This document shows, piece after piece, positions 50,959 to 60,976 of a stretch of DNA of 64,000 bases. Within the stretch, counting starts at the first letter, position 1, and each line of letters opens with the position of its first letter. The stretch comes from Coniocarpon cinnabarinum. Its lineage: Eukaryota. The DNA lies in assembly GCA_051942205.1 (NCBI GenBank), contig JAVECO010000018.1:124001-188000 (forward strand), read 5' to 3'. Below the pieces are notes generated by a model. That model was not told where the DNA came from. It ran no database searches and was given only the letters and a program-made list of their open reading frames with translations. Made by a program: the position numbers and the translations under genes.

Positions 50959-52036
50959 TTATCGCCTCGGTCCCTCCCCTTCATCCCCATCCACCCTCTC
51001 ATACTCCCCCTCTCCCTCCCCAAGCACGAATTCCTCCTCATCCTTCCCATTCGAACTGGCACCCTTCATGTTCACATCCGGCGGCGGCCACGGCTTTTCT
51101 GCACCGCGCGCCCACAAACTCGGATAATACCGCCGATAACTGCCTAGTGCCACGATAGCCCCCAGTATACTCCCGGTGCAGACATCAAAGACATCATGGC
51201 GATAGTCCGCCGTCCGCGAAATCGCTATCAATGCCGCGCCGAGGAGTGGTAGTAATGGCAATAACGCGAGAGGAAGTGGCGTCGTGTGAGACAATGCGCG
51301 CGTCTGTGCGGTGAGAAACAGCGACAAATAGCCAAGGCCGGAGAAGGAAAGGGACGAATGCCCTGAAGGGAAGGAGCGCCATCCATCGTGCAATAAATGC
51401 CCGTTCGTGGTGCAGACTTCGACTCCCACTAAGGCGTCCCTATCGATACTCTCGTCAGGTCGGCAGCGAGCTAGAAGATCAGGCCGCGGGCGCCCGACAC
51501 TATTCTTAATCACGTCCGTGACTAGTCCCGTAGCGAGGATACTGAGTCCTAGCCCGAGAAGTGAGACGTGAAGTGTATGACCGCCGAGGCGCGCGATCAG
51601 GATCCAGAAGATGATTATAACGAGAGGGAGGACAACGCCGTAGAGGAAGAGGAAGAGGGGTGTGATTGTTTCGGGATCAGCGTGGGGATATTGGATTGTT
51701 GGGTCGGAGAGGCGGATGAGGCGGTAGTGGGGGGTTAGGAAAAGTTGGGTGAGGATGTTAAGCGTTAACAGAGTTATGAGCGTGAGATGATGCGTCGCGT
51801 AAGTGCGCTAGACGGGATGTTAGTATTGTAGGACGGGACATCGTGGTTGGTCTAGTGAGAGATGGACGTTTTGGGAGCGATATGCGAGGGGAGTGCAATG
51901 AGATGCATGCGGAGGGGTTGGATGTTGGATTCGAGATGTTGGATTTGAGATGGTGGAGAGAAGGGTGTAAACTTACTTGCCAGAAGCGCGCGACTGTACC
52001 GACGCAGTCGCGGCGGGTGAGGAGGGATGCGGACAT
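50959..52036 (-). CDS. PAP2-family lipid phosphate phosphatase (DPP1/LPP1-like), 2 exons, ~302 aa
   Basis: Exon 1 52036-51977, intron 51976-51808 (GTAAGT..ACTAAC..CTAG), exon 2 51807-50959. Catalytic motifs KNSVGRPRP, SFPSGH and SRTADYRHDVFDV. Confidence 0.88.
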
Positions 52037-52247
52037 GTTCTGCTTCTGTGCGCCTCCAGGGCGGGTTGCAAAATATGGTGATCGTCACCGTTGGTGGTGA
52101 CGAGGTGGTTGAAGACCAATGTTGCAACACGCTAAGTCTTGAAACCTGGGGTAGATGACGCTAGGCCAGATATAGATTCTGTGCCTTTCTCCTTGCACAT
52201 TTCTCTCTACCTGCCGACGACATTGCGTGTCTTCGTCTTTTAGTTAA

Positions 52248-52507
52248 ATGGAGACCAGCTGTCTGACGGACTTACAGACTAGAGTGCGATCATTCGTTTT
52301 TCAAGTACCTGTGAGTATTCGGAACGTTCTTCTCAATAGACAGACACTATGATGATTTGCATTTTTTGTTTCAACCCCATATGATCTGTGTGATTATGAC
52401 ATTGCATCAATACATTCGCAATACTTCTGAAAAACGCATTTGCGCTATTTATGCACCTCCAGAAGGTCAAAAAGAGCTGACTCGCTTCTTTGCAGATGAA
52501 ATCATAG
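52248..52507 (+). other. Spliced, apparently non-coding snoRNA host transcript (true ends unknown)
   Basis: Canonical intron 52311-52495 (GTGAGT..GCTGAC..TTTGCAG). Splicing yields only a 24-codon ORF, METSCLTDLQTRVRSFVFQVPMKS*. Divergent from the PAP2 gene. Confidence 0.6.
52345..52432 (+). ncRNA. Intronic box C/D snoRNA, U73/SNORD73-like layout, predicted guide for LSU rRNA helix 38
   Basis: Box C ATGATGA 52349-52355, guide TTGTTTCAACCCCA 52366-52379, D' ATGA 52381-52384, C' GTGATTA 52390-52396, box D CTGA 52427-52430. Lies ~65 nt upstream of the 3' splice site. Confidence 0.8.
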
Positions 52508-53626
52508 CATGAGACTTGTTTTTTAAGGGATGGATTCGTGTTTGAAGCGCAATCGCAGACACGTTGACGTGTTCCTGCTAGACTTGTGTCGGAGAAAGTA
52601 CATGACCGATCAACTCTATTCTCTCTATTTCCACTGGGCTCTCTGTATTCTTCCCTCTATCGTTTCAACTGCTGAACGTGGGTCTTTTTAGTAGTGTATT
52701 TCATTCCATCATGGAGGCAGCATACTCGCGCTCTGTCTCAGGCTTTGGAATCGTATTTCAGCCGTCGACCCGCAAGTCGAAAATTTGTGATCTTAATTCG
52801 AAGGTGTACCTAAGAGACCCAGCCGTTTTCTCGTTGGTGTTGCGATTCTTGATAAAAAGACTAAGCCTGCGATCTTTCAAAAAAGCGTGCAATGCGTCTC
52901 GAGAGCCATGAAAATCTTGGCCCAGTACTTGTAGCCAATAGAAGGTTCAGAAAAGGCTGAGCCTCATCCTTTCTTCCGCTCATCTTCTTGGTCATGTTCA
53001 ATGCACTTCCGCAACGCGGTCGAGTAGCGTAAGTAGTAGTATCTTAATATACCTTATTCTGTTGTTCAATACACCCTCGAAAGCTTCACCTAGCTTCACA
53101 CGATACATGCGAGTAGGGAAGCGCTGTCTGATGTCTAATACTGCCACCGTATAAGCGTGGGCTCAGAAGAGCTTGTTCACACCAAACAAAGTAGAGTGCT
53201 CAAGCTGTGGCATAAGGAAGACACTGTGGCGAGATCTGTATTGAGAAGACAGTAGTACTATGATATCTATTCACAGGTCGGTCCGTCTCTATGGAGTGCT
53301 TGGCTGAGCCCGGAGTCTCCATCTAGTCCAACGACCAGCGTCCTGAGTGCGTTGACATAGCTAGTAGCTTCTAGAAGCTTCATTCATCTATGATGCCGTC
53401 ATTGTAGAGATGACCAGGGGGGTGTGTATCTTGACTGGGCATGCTCAAGAGCTGGGCTCTCTTGATAATACTCGACGCGATATGGCCGAATTTGAGCTAT
53501 TCTTTAGCTTGGGTTTGAAGAGGTGGATATCGTATTCCACAAGCAGTGTAAGATTAAGCCTCTGCGTACTAAGCTAGGAACGGCTATAGCAGTAACCACT
53601 GTGGAATGACTTGGTGCAGGGCATCA

Positions 53627-55180
53627 TCAGCTTCTAAATAGCCTCAACGCTCCTTCAGCCTCGTTCTCACCCTCTCCAATTCCTCCATTGACCTCCTTTC
53701 CACCCTCGTTCCTCGCCCCAAACAAACTAGCAAACAACTCACCCCTCTGCCTCTCACCCCAATTCCCTCGATCGTCGGGCACCATGAAATTCACCAACTT
53801 CTCATGCACTGTATATCGCATCTTCCTCCCCTTGCTTGCCCTCGTGTCCACCGCCTTCTTGGTCGCTGCAGACTTCTGACTCGCGTTGCGATATTCCGCC
53901 TCAAGGTCCTGCGCCGTCGTGCTCGGTCTTTGGGGAAGTGTTTGGGGAGTCGTGGACGAGGCTGTAGATTGGGACTGCCGCCGTGAAATGAGGTCTTTTA
54001 GGAGACTGCTGTAGAAGTCGGCGTCGTCGTAGATGTCTCTGACGCCTTCGTCTGCTGGTGCCTCGTCGGTGTCGTCGTGTCGGCGTGCGCGCCGCTCTGC
54101 GACGTAGGTCTTCGCTTGTACGGGCGCGGCGCTACGTGGGATTCTAGTCTTCTTGACGAGTCGATCTGGATCCGCGAGATGGCCGTCTAGCACGTCGAGG
54201 AGTGTCATTTCCGCCTGTCGAGACAAGGAGTTACCGAAACTCGACTTTGTGAGCTTGGAGGCGGTCGATGATGTCTTCTCTGACCATTTCGCAAGCGTAG
54301 CTCGGCGCTGAGGCAGCGATGCTCTTTCAAGATCCTGCATGTGTGTCCAAATCTCTCCTACTGATGCGGCTGCGGTGGGCCGCTTGCGCTTTGTGCCGGT
54401 CTTTGCATCTAGCAATGAGCACCGCAAAGTATCAAGCTGGCTCCACAGCCTCCTCGCTGCATCTTCTGCACTTTGTGCGGCGGCTTGGATCTCTGTCGTC
54501 GGTGTCCGCTCTCTCACCGTTGGTAATGTATTCATGGCGACGAGCGCATTTTGCATGCGGATGCGCGAAGTGAGGAGTGCATCGAAAGTGCGCTGTTGCT
54601 TTTGTACAGCTTGACCTTTCTGTGCGTCGGCGCGCTGAGACGCCGCCAGAGATGTAGAGATGGTTGAAGATTCATTCACAAGAAGCGCCTTGAGGCGTGC
54701 GGTGTCCGCACGATCACGGGCTTCGTTCGCGGTTGATCGTAGGTCATGCTCCTCATCAGAATCGCTGCGCATGTCCTCCATGTCCTCGTCTCCGCTTGGA
54801 GGTGAACCGCTGTCTTCAGATGCTGCTACCCCATCCTTGTCGAGATTGTCTGACTCGTCGTGCTCTCGAGCATTAAGCTCATCGCTCTCTTCGTCGCTTC
54901 CATACGCGGCGAAAGGATCATGTTGATCTTCCTCTTCTTCAATGCCCTTCCTTCGCACCTTCGACCCCGCATACTGTGTGCCTAACGTCACCGGGTCGCG
55001 GCCTCTCAATTTGCTTTTGTTGATGTTCTCATAGTGCTCACGGCCGGTAAAGCCATTGACGCCTTCATTCTCTGGTTCTGATCCAGAAGATTCTTCATAT
55101 TCAGGAAGGTCGTCTTCTGGGTCGAAGTCAGGCATTCGAACGCCGTTCGTCTTAACTTTTGACCTATCGTCCTGCCTCAT
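53627..55180 (-). CDS. BFR2: Protein BFR2 / AATF (SSU processome factor)
   Basis: DFDPEDD, REHYENINKSKLR, DAQKGQAVQKQQRTFDALLTSRIRMQ, IYDDADFYSSLLKDLI and the TRAUB C-domain VDTRASKGRKMRYTVHEKLVNFMVP. First in-frame ATG at 55180 (alternative 55135). Confidence 0.92.
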   Translation of the reverse strand: MRQDDRSKVKTNGVRMPDFDPEDDLPEYEESSGSEPENEGVNGFTGREHYENINKSKLRGRDPVTLGTQYAGSKVRRKGIEEEEDQHDPFAAYGSDEESDELNAREHDESDNLDKDGVAASEDSGSPPSGDEDMEDMRSDSDEEHDLRSTANEARDRADTARLKALLVNESSTISTSLAASQRADAQKGQAVQKQQRTFDALLTSRIRMQNALVAMNTLPTVRERTPTTEIQAAAQSAEDAARRLWSQLDTLRCSLLDAKTGTKRKRPTAAASVGEIWTHMQDLERASLPQRRATLAKWSEKTSSTASKLTKSSFGNSLSRQAEMTLLDVLDGHLADPDRLVKKTRIPRSAAPVQAKTYVAERRARRHDDTDEAPADEGVRDIYDDADFYSSLLKDLISRRQSQSTASSTTPQTLPQRPSTTAQDLEAEYRNASQKSAATKKAVDTRASKGRKMRYTVHEKLVNFMVPDDRGNWGERQRGELFASLFGARNEGGKEVNGGIGEGENEAEGALRLFRS

Positions 55181-55588
55181 CCTGGGAAATCTGATCCACA
55201 CGACCGACAGTCTGTACTCAATGTCGTCCGCTTGAAATAGATTTCAGTTCATTTATTATACTATAAAGAAATCAATGTCCTCGCGAAAAGCTGCCCTCCG
55301 GACTTAAGACGGAGATAGCTACGCGGGCTCGGCTGTTCTTTCCTGGGCAACAGCAACGTCAGCGTCCCCTCCAGAGCCTTAAGCCGATACTCCGTCCTGT
55401 ACAGCAGCACAAGACGACTCCCCTGCACAAGTCGAACGTACAAAGCGCTACCGAAGCTTCGATACCTTATATTAGAGCTCGTTCGAGCATAGCCCTCAGG
55501 CTTGCACAAAGACAAGCATAAAGTCTGGCACATCAGCGCCTGTTACGACAACGTGATTCCCGCAAGCACTCATACACCAGGCCTCCGA

Positions 55589-56911
55589 ATGGACGTCGCC
55601 TACGACGCTGTCCAAAAAGAGTCCTACCCGCCCTCTAAACCAGCGACTCCCGACCCCTCCTCCACCGCCAACTCCAGAAATCCTTCCGCCGAGTCCGGGA
55701 CTACCAGACACGGCCGCAGCACGTCCATCTCTCAGGAGCTTCGTGAAACCTATCGTGACTTCTCTTCCTCGACTTGGGGCGCTAAGTTCGGAGGCTGGTG
55801 GAATACTGCAAAGACACAGGGACAGTCGTACTTAGAGACTGCTCGGGAGCAAGGACAGAGCTATTATGAGGCTGCACGAACGGAGTTCAATGCGGCGAGT
55901 GAGTCTGCAACGGGTGCGGCGGACTTGACCGGTAATGCAGGTTTGGTTGCTGCAGGCCGGTCTGAGAGCCAGGAGCGGAAGCAGACCACTAGCGAAGATG
56001 AGAAAAAGGCGGAGACTCCAAGGCAAGGGGACAAGACAGATGTACCAGAGAATCTGGGCAAAGATATCGTCAAAGAGGCAGGCAGCCTGCTCAGCGGGTT
56101 TCAGCTAATGGCTGGCGAGCGGCTGAAACAAGTTCAAGCTGCAGAAGACGCCGCAGACGAGGCACTGGTGAAGTTTGGCACGAACCTGCGGAAATACCTC
56201 AAAGACGCTGTGACTGTCACAGCCCCGGAGGGTGGAACCGAGGGCAGCGTCAAGAATGTCCTGTTCGAGAGCAAAGACCAAGAAGGGCGACGAGTAGTGC
56301 ACGCCACGAGGTTCGAGGCACAGCTGCACGTCATACATACCAACCTAGAAAACTTCACCACAGACCCAGACAGCGGCGAGTTCGCCAAATGGAAGACCGG
56401 CTTCAACGTCGACAAAATGACCGACGCAATTGCCCGAGATCTCGCCAAGTACGAGGAGCTGCAACGCTCAATGGAGAGGCTCGTGCCCGAAAAGGTGGAA
56501 TACGCAACCTTCTGGACACGCTACTACTTCCTGCGTCACGTCGTCGAAGAGCAAGAACAGAAGCGACGAGAGCTACTCAAGGGCGCCGAGAACGAAGAGG
56601 AAGTTAAGTGGGATGACGACGACGACGACGACGACGATGAAGAGCAGCAGCAGACGAAAGCGCCCGCGACACCGAAACTCGGCGCAAAGACGGATGTTGG
56701 CGCTGAGACGCCGAAGCGGTCGGAGAAGCAGAGAGAAGAGGATTTGTTGAGGCCGGCGGAGAGTCGGCGGTCGAACGAGCAGAGCGTGGCGGATAGCGAC
56801 ACTAGTTATGATATGGTGAGTGGAGCGACGAGTCGAGGCAGTGGGAGTCCAAAGGACGAGAAGGAGCGGAAAATGAAGGCGGAGCAGAGTGATGACGAGG
56901 ATTGGGAATGA
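55589..56911 (+). CDS. DOS2: BSD-domain protein (Dos2-like)
   Basis: Starts MDVAYD. ATRFEAQLHVIHT..FTTDP, BSD motif LVPEKVEYATFWTRYYF, acidic tail ending DEDWE. Confidence 0.85.
   Translation: MDVAYDAVQKESYPPSKPATPDPSSTANSRNPSAESGTTRHGRSTSISQELRETYRDFSSSTWGAKFGGWWNTAKTQGQSYLETAREQGQSYYEAARTEFNAASESATGAADLTGNAGLVAAGRSESQERKQTTSEDEKKAETPRQGDKTDVPENLGKDIVKEAGSLLSGFQLMAGERLKQVQAAEDAADEALVKFGTNLRKYLKDAVTVTAPEGGTEGSVKNVLFESKDQEGRRVVHATRFEAQLHVIHTNLENFTTDPDSGEFAKWKTGFNVDKMTDAIARDLAKYEELQRSMERLVPEKVEYATFWTRYYFLRHVVEEQEQKRRELLKGAENEEEVKWDDDDDDDDDEEQQQTKAPATPKLGAKTDVGAETPKRSEKQREEDLLRPAESRRSNEQSVADSDTSYDMVSGATSRGSGSPKDEKERKMKAEQSDDEDWE
56612..56638 (+). repeat. (GAC)n coding microsatellite encoding poly-Asp
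   Basis: GAT (GAC)7 GAT within the BSD gene. Confidence 0.85.
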
Positions 56912-57096
56912 TGTGCCACACATCCTTGAAATTGAAAAGGTTCTGTCCATGGCTTTCATAGGTAGCATTGGCGCTCATATTGTCCAGGTCATGTAACATG
57001 AATTCAACGCCGATATGACGGTACTTGATCTAACGCTCAGATCCATCCCAACGCCCGCTACGCATTAGCCAATCACTTCATCAACTACTTCGTCAA

Positions 57097-58704
57097 TCAG
57101 CACAAGTTTCGTCCACTCTCCACAGCCAACCTCTCAAGATACGTCCTCAAACTCGAGTACGCAAACGTCTTGCAATCTGCGCTCCCCAAACACCTGACAA
57201 GCACCCACTCCATCTCTCCAAAGTCCTCCTTGCTTCCAGCGAACGCCTCCATGGCTCTCTGCATGCTCTTTCGGCCCGTTTTATTCGCATACTCCATAAT
57301 CTCAAAGTACACGTCCTTGGCCTTGTTCACGACCTTGGGCGGCACCAACCACAGGGAATCGCAGTCCGCCTTGCCGATCTCGAGGACGCGGTGGAGCAAA
57401 GGCAGGACTTCGCGCGGCTCCGACAGCGGTCGACCGTTCATGGTGGGCTTCTTGCCGTTCATCATGGGCATGACGGAGTCGAGGAGGTCGCGCGGGATCT
57501 CGAGCATGTCCAGGGGAAACGTCGAGGCGGTGTCGACCCATTTGATGTCCTCGGCGGCGTAGAGGGCCTCTGTGGGGAAAGCGCCGTTGTAGATTCCGAA
57601 TTCGCACTTGTCGTCTGTAGCGTTGAGACCGAAGCCGTTGCTCACTTGGAGGAACTGCTTGAAGTCGGTAGGGAGCGCGGTGCCGAGACGCTTTTCCAGT
57701 GCCGAGAGCGTGGCCTTGTCGGCTGGCTCCTTGAAGAGCGTGGGGATCCTGCCCGTCAGCTCGATGTCGTCGCCCCAGTATTGGTCGCAGCCGGAGCTCA
57801 TGGAGTTGTCGTTGCAGACGTTGAGAAGGTAGCGCATCGGCGTCGCGGCGTAAGCGTTGGGCGAGGGACGACCGTGTTGCATGCGTTCGCGGAGCGCATA
57901 GAGGACGAAGCGGGCCTTGGTGTGGACGGTGTCCTTGTCGAGATCGAGGACGAAGCGCAATCCACCGTCTGCGAAGAGGGGCAAAGCATATGCGGCGCCC
58001 ACGAGGTGCTCGATGAAGATCTTGAGGTCCGCGTATTCTTGCCCGTCTTGCAGGTGGCTGAAGCGGTCTGCGACAAGGCGCAGGATGTCGTATGTCATTT
58101 GGTCGCGTACGGTCTTGGGAAAATCGGCGCTATCCTTGACCATGTCGAAAAGACTGGAGTCGCTGATGCTATCAGCGGCGCCACCAGCTTGCTCATTGAC
58201 CTCGAGCTTGACCTTCATCCATTCGAGACTGTCGCGTTGAGTGCCCTCGCCGGCGAGCTTGGCGGAGATGTCGAGGGCTTTGGCGAGGGCGTGGCACTCC
58301 TCGCGGCGGTGGATGCCATACAGTGGCTTCTCATGGTAGCGTTCGATCAACTCAAGAAGTGCGTCAAGACCGTAAGCGTCGTAGGTGCGATCTTCAGGCT
58401 TGATCGAGGGTGGCCAGTCAGTCGTCGCGCGAGACTGGAGATTGCCTAAGAACGAAGGATCTTGGTACTGCTCAGGGCACCCTTCAGGCCACTTGCCAGT
58501 GGCGTGCCAGACGAGGTCCAGTGAGCGGCCAGCGACGCCATCGTCAGTTGTCGGCGGTGCAAGGTAGAAGAGTGCCATCAGTTGACGAGCCATGGCGATC
58601 TCGCCAAGGACAGCGAGCTCGTATGCATACTTGTGACACGCAGCTTCAATGCTTACAAGGGAAGGGTCTTCGAGGATTCTTCGACGGTTTATGTCGAGGA
58701 CCAT
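57097..58704 (-). CDS. SMI1/KNR4 (SUKH)-domain-containing protein
   Basis: 535-aa intronless ORF. PADKATLSALEKRLGTALPTDFKQFLQVSNG matches the SUKH core. Ends YSSLRTYLE. Confidence 0.75.
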   Translation of the reverse strand: MVLDINRRRILEDPSLVSIEAACHKYAYELAVLGEIAMARQLMALFYLAPPTTDDGVAGRSLDLVWHATGKWPEGCPEQYQDPSFLGNLQSRATTDWPPSIKPEDRTYDAYGLDALLELIERYHEKPLYGIHRREECHALAKALDISAKLAGEGTQRDSLEWMKVKLEVNEQAGGAADSISDSSLFDMVKDSADFPKTVRDQMTYDILRLVADRFSHLQDGQEYADLKIFIEHLVGAAYALPLFADGGLRFVLDLDKDTVHTKARFVLYALRERMQHGRPSPNAYAATPMRYLLNVCNDNSMSSGCDQYWGDDIELTGRIPTLFKEPADKATLSALEKRLGTALPTDFKQFLQVSNGFGLNATDDKCEFGIYNGAFPTEALYAAEDIKWVDTASTFPLDMLEIPRDLLDSVMPMMNGKKPTMNGRPLSEPREVLPLLHRVLEIGKADCDSLWLVPPKVVNKAKDVYFEIMEYANKTGRKSMQRAMEAFAGSKEDFGEMEWVLVRCLGSADCKTFAYSSLRTYLERLAVESGRNLC

Positions 58705-59313
58705 CTTGAAATAATGAAAGAGAGCGTTTTTGATGGAATCAATGAAAGCTTAACGACTGGAGATATTGAATCTTGGTAATGATGTGTTGCAAATTACAAT
58801 AAAGGAAAGGCAGATAAAGTCAAAGGCCTATGGAGTGAGGGAACGGGGGATAGTCTATATAACACCTGTCTCTTAAGCGCTCTGTAACAGGATCAAGAAC
58901 ACGTTTGCACGGGCATTCAAGAACCCGCAGCAAGCCATCTCAAGGGCCAGCTGTCTGTGATCATGGTGCGTAGGAACGTTTCGGCTGAGGCCCGAAGAGG
59001 GTGGTGGCCCCACGATCACTGCGAACAGGTGGCAGTTTCATCCCTCGATATGTCACTAAATCTTCACATATCACAGGCGAGAGCACGGTCAATCGGCAAG
59101 GAGAGCCAGCATCTCGTCAGCGTCGGGTGGGAAGTGTTTGGCGTTGTTGTCATGCGTTTGCATATGGTGTTCATGAGTTATAGGAAGGAGGAAATATATG
59201 TCGCAGAAGAAAGTCGCGTTGCAACGCGTCTTTATAGAAGCAATGACGTCACGTGTTGCTTGCAATCATTTCGAAGGATGGTATCAAGTCTCTGAAAAGC
59301 CTTCACGAAGATT

Positions 59314-60327
59314 ATGTCTGCCCGCCTAAGTCGCGGGTCGCTGCCATTACCATGGCGGCAATTGCACAGGAACTTGAGCATCCCCCTACAAGTCTATGTG
59401 CCCTGCAGCTCCAGGCACGCCCGGTCTCTCCGTTCAACAGCCTCTCATGCCTCTCATGAAAACCCTCTTGGCCTTCCACGCTCCCAACCCACGCCTCCCA
59501 ATCTTCAAGCTCGCATGGCACGCAACCTCCCCCAGAAGCGATCCATCCGCAATGTCCGCAAGATTATCGCCGTCTCGTCAGCGAAAGGTGGTGTAGGCAA
59601 ATCCACTGTCGCAGCAAACATTGCACTTTCATTTGCAAGACGAGGCTTGAGTACTGGCATACTAGATACCGACATCTTTGGGCCTAGCATTCCGACGCTA
59701 TTTGGCCTGCGCGATACGGACCAACCTGGGCTGACGAGCGAAGGGAGGTTGCTACCACTGACCAGCTGGGGCGTGAAGACTATGAGCATGGGATACCTCA
59801 TTGGCGGTGAAGGCAAGGGAGGCGAAGCGCCTGTTGCTTGGAGGGGCCTAATGGTCACGAAGGCATTGCAGCAGTTGCTGTTCGAGGTCGAGTGGGGACC
59901 CACAGATGTGCTGGTGCTGGATCTGCCGCCTGGCACGGGCGACACGCAGTTGAGTCTTGCCCAGCAGGTAATCGTTGACGGCGCAGTGTTGGTTACTACG
60001 CCTCAAGTCATGGCTCTGACGGACACGTTGAGGGGCCTCAACTTCTTTGGAAAGACGGACGTCAGAGTTCTCGGAGTCGTAAAGAACATGAGCTCTTTCA
60101 TGTGTCCGTGTTGCGGCGAGAAAACAGACATATTCAGTGGGCATGGAGAACTCGAAAATGAGGCAAAGAGAGCCAATACCAGTGTCATTGCAGACATACC
60201 TTTAAGTAAAGGAATCTGCGTGGATGCCGACAGTGGTCGACCTACGGTTGTAGCAAGGCCTGACTCTGACGAAGCTAATGTGTATGGAGATCTTACTGAG
60301 AAGCTCGTGCATGATGTTGGCCTTTAA
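59314..60327 (+). CDS. IND1: Mitochondrial Fe-S cluster transfer P-loop NTPase (Ind1/NUBPL, Mrp/NBP35 family)
   Basis: Arg/Ser-rich presequence, ENPLGLP, SAKGGVGKST, DTDIFGPSIP, WRGLMVTKA, DLPPGTGD, NMSSFMCPCCG. Confidence 0.9.
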   Translation: MSARLSRGSLPLPWRQLHRNLSIPLQVYVPCSSRHARSLRSTASHASHENPLGLPRSQPTPPNLQARMARNLPQKRSIRNVRKIIAVSSAKGGVGKSTVAANIALSFARRGLSTGILDTDIFGPSIPTLFGLRDTDQPGLTSEGRLLPLTSWGVKTMSMGYLIGGEGKGGEAPVAWRGLMVTKALQQLLFEVEWGPTDVLVLDLPPGTGDTQLSLAQQVIVDGAVLVTTPQVMALTDTLRGLNFFGKTDVRVLGVVKNMSSFMCPCCGEKTDIFSGHGELENEAKRANTSVIADIPLSKGICVDADSGRPTVVARPDSDEANVYGDLTEKLVHDVGL

Positions 60328-60976
60328 TGAGAGCACACGAGCGCCCGATGCGCAAGCATATCAACCTCGTCTATTGCGTAAAGAAATTTGAACCAGCAAC
60401 GCGCCCAGAACGAAATTGCCCCCCACAACCCAGGCTAGCGGTTTACGATGCGTGCAGGACTTTCGCCATGACGCTCAAAAGTTCATTTTTAAGATTGTCC
60501 TTACGTTAGGGGCTCTTTGCCAACAAGCGTCCTGAACAGAAATCGTCGCCGGAGATTTCCAGTGAGAGCAACGCCGAGACCTAGGAAAAGAGCCTCGAAC
60601 GAACATAGCGGCTGTTGTGTTGCGGACTGTAACTCAGCAATGCATAAGTTGCAAAGGGCTTTTGCCGGTGTGCTGATAGCTTTTGTGGCTCGAATTGTTC
60701 TTATCGTGCCGGCTCTTCGCCTAGATTGAGATGAAGGTCTAGGAAGACTGTACTTGTCGGCGAGTACCTCCTACCAGGCTCTTGATGCAAGAGTCAAGGA
60801 CAAAAGTCTCAGTCCTGGCAACGAGCCCCTACAATGATAACATTTCGGTTCACAAAGCCATCAGCACACCGGCGAAAGCCTTTTGCAACTCCTACAATGC
60901 TAAATTATAGTATGGCACGTATTCGCGCCCCGGATTTCTGCCGCATTTGACTCTCTATTAACATTGAACAACACCT

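Noticed and set aside
57391..58449. 352-aa plus-strand ORF
   Set aside because: It is the antisense shadow of the GC3-rich SUKH gene and has no recognisable motifs.
59314..60327. IND1 as part of an extended iron cluster
   Set aside because: It is 12 kb from sidA and separated by unrelated housekeeping genes.
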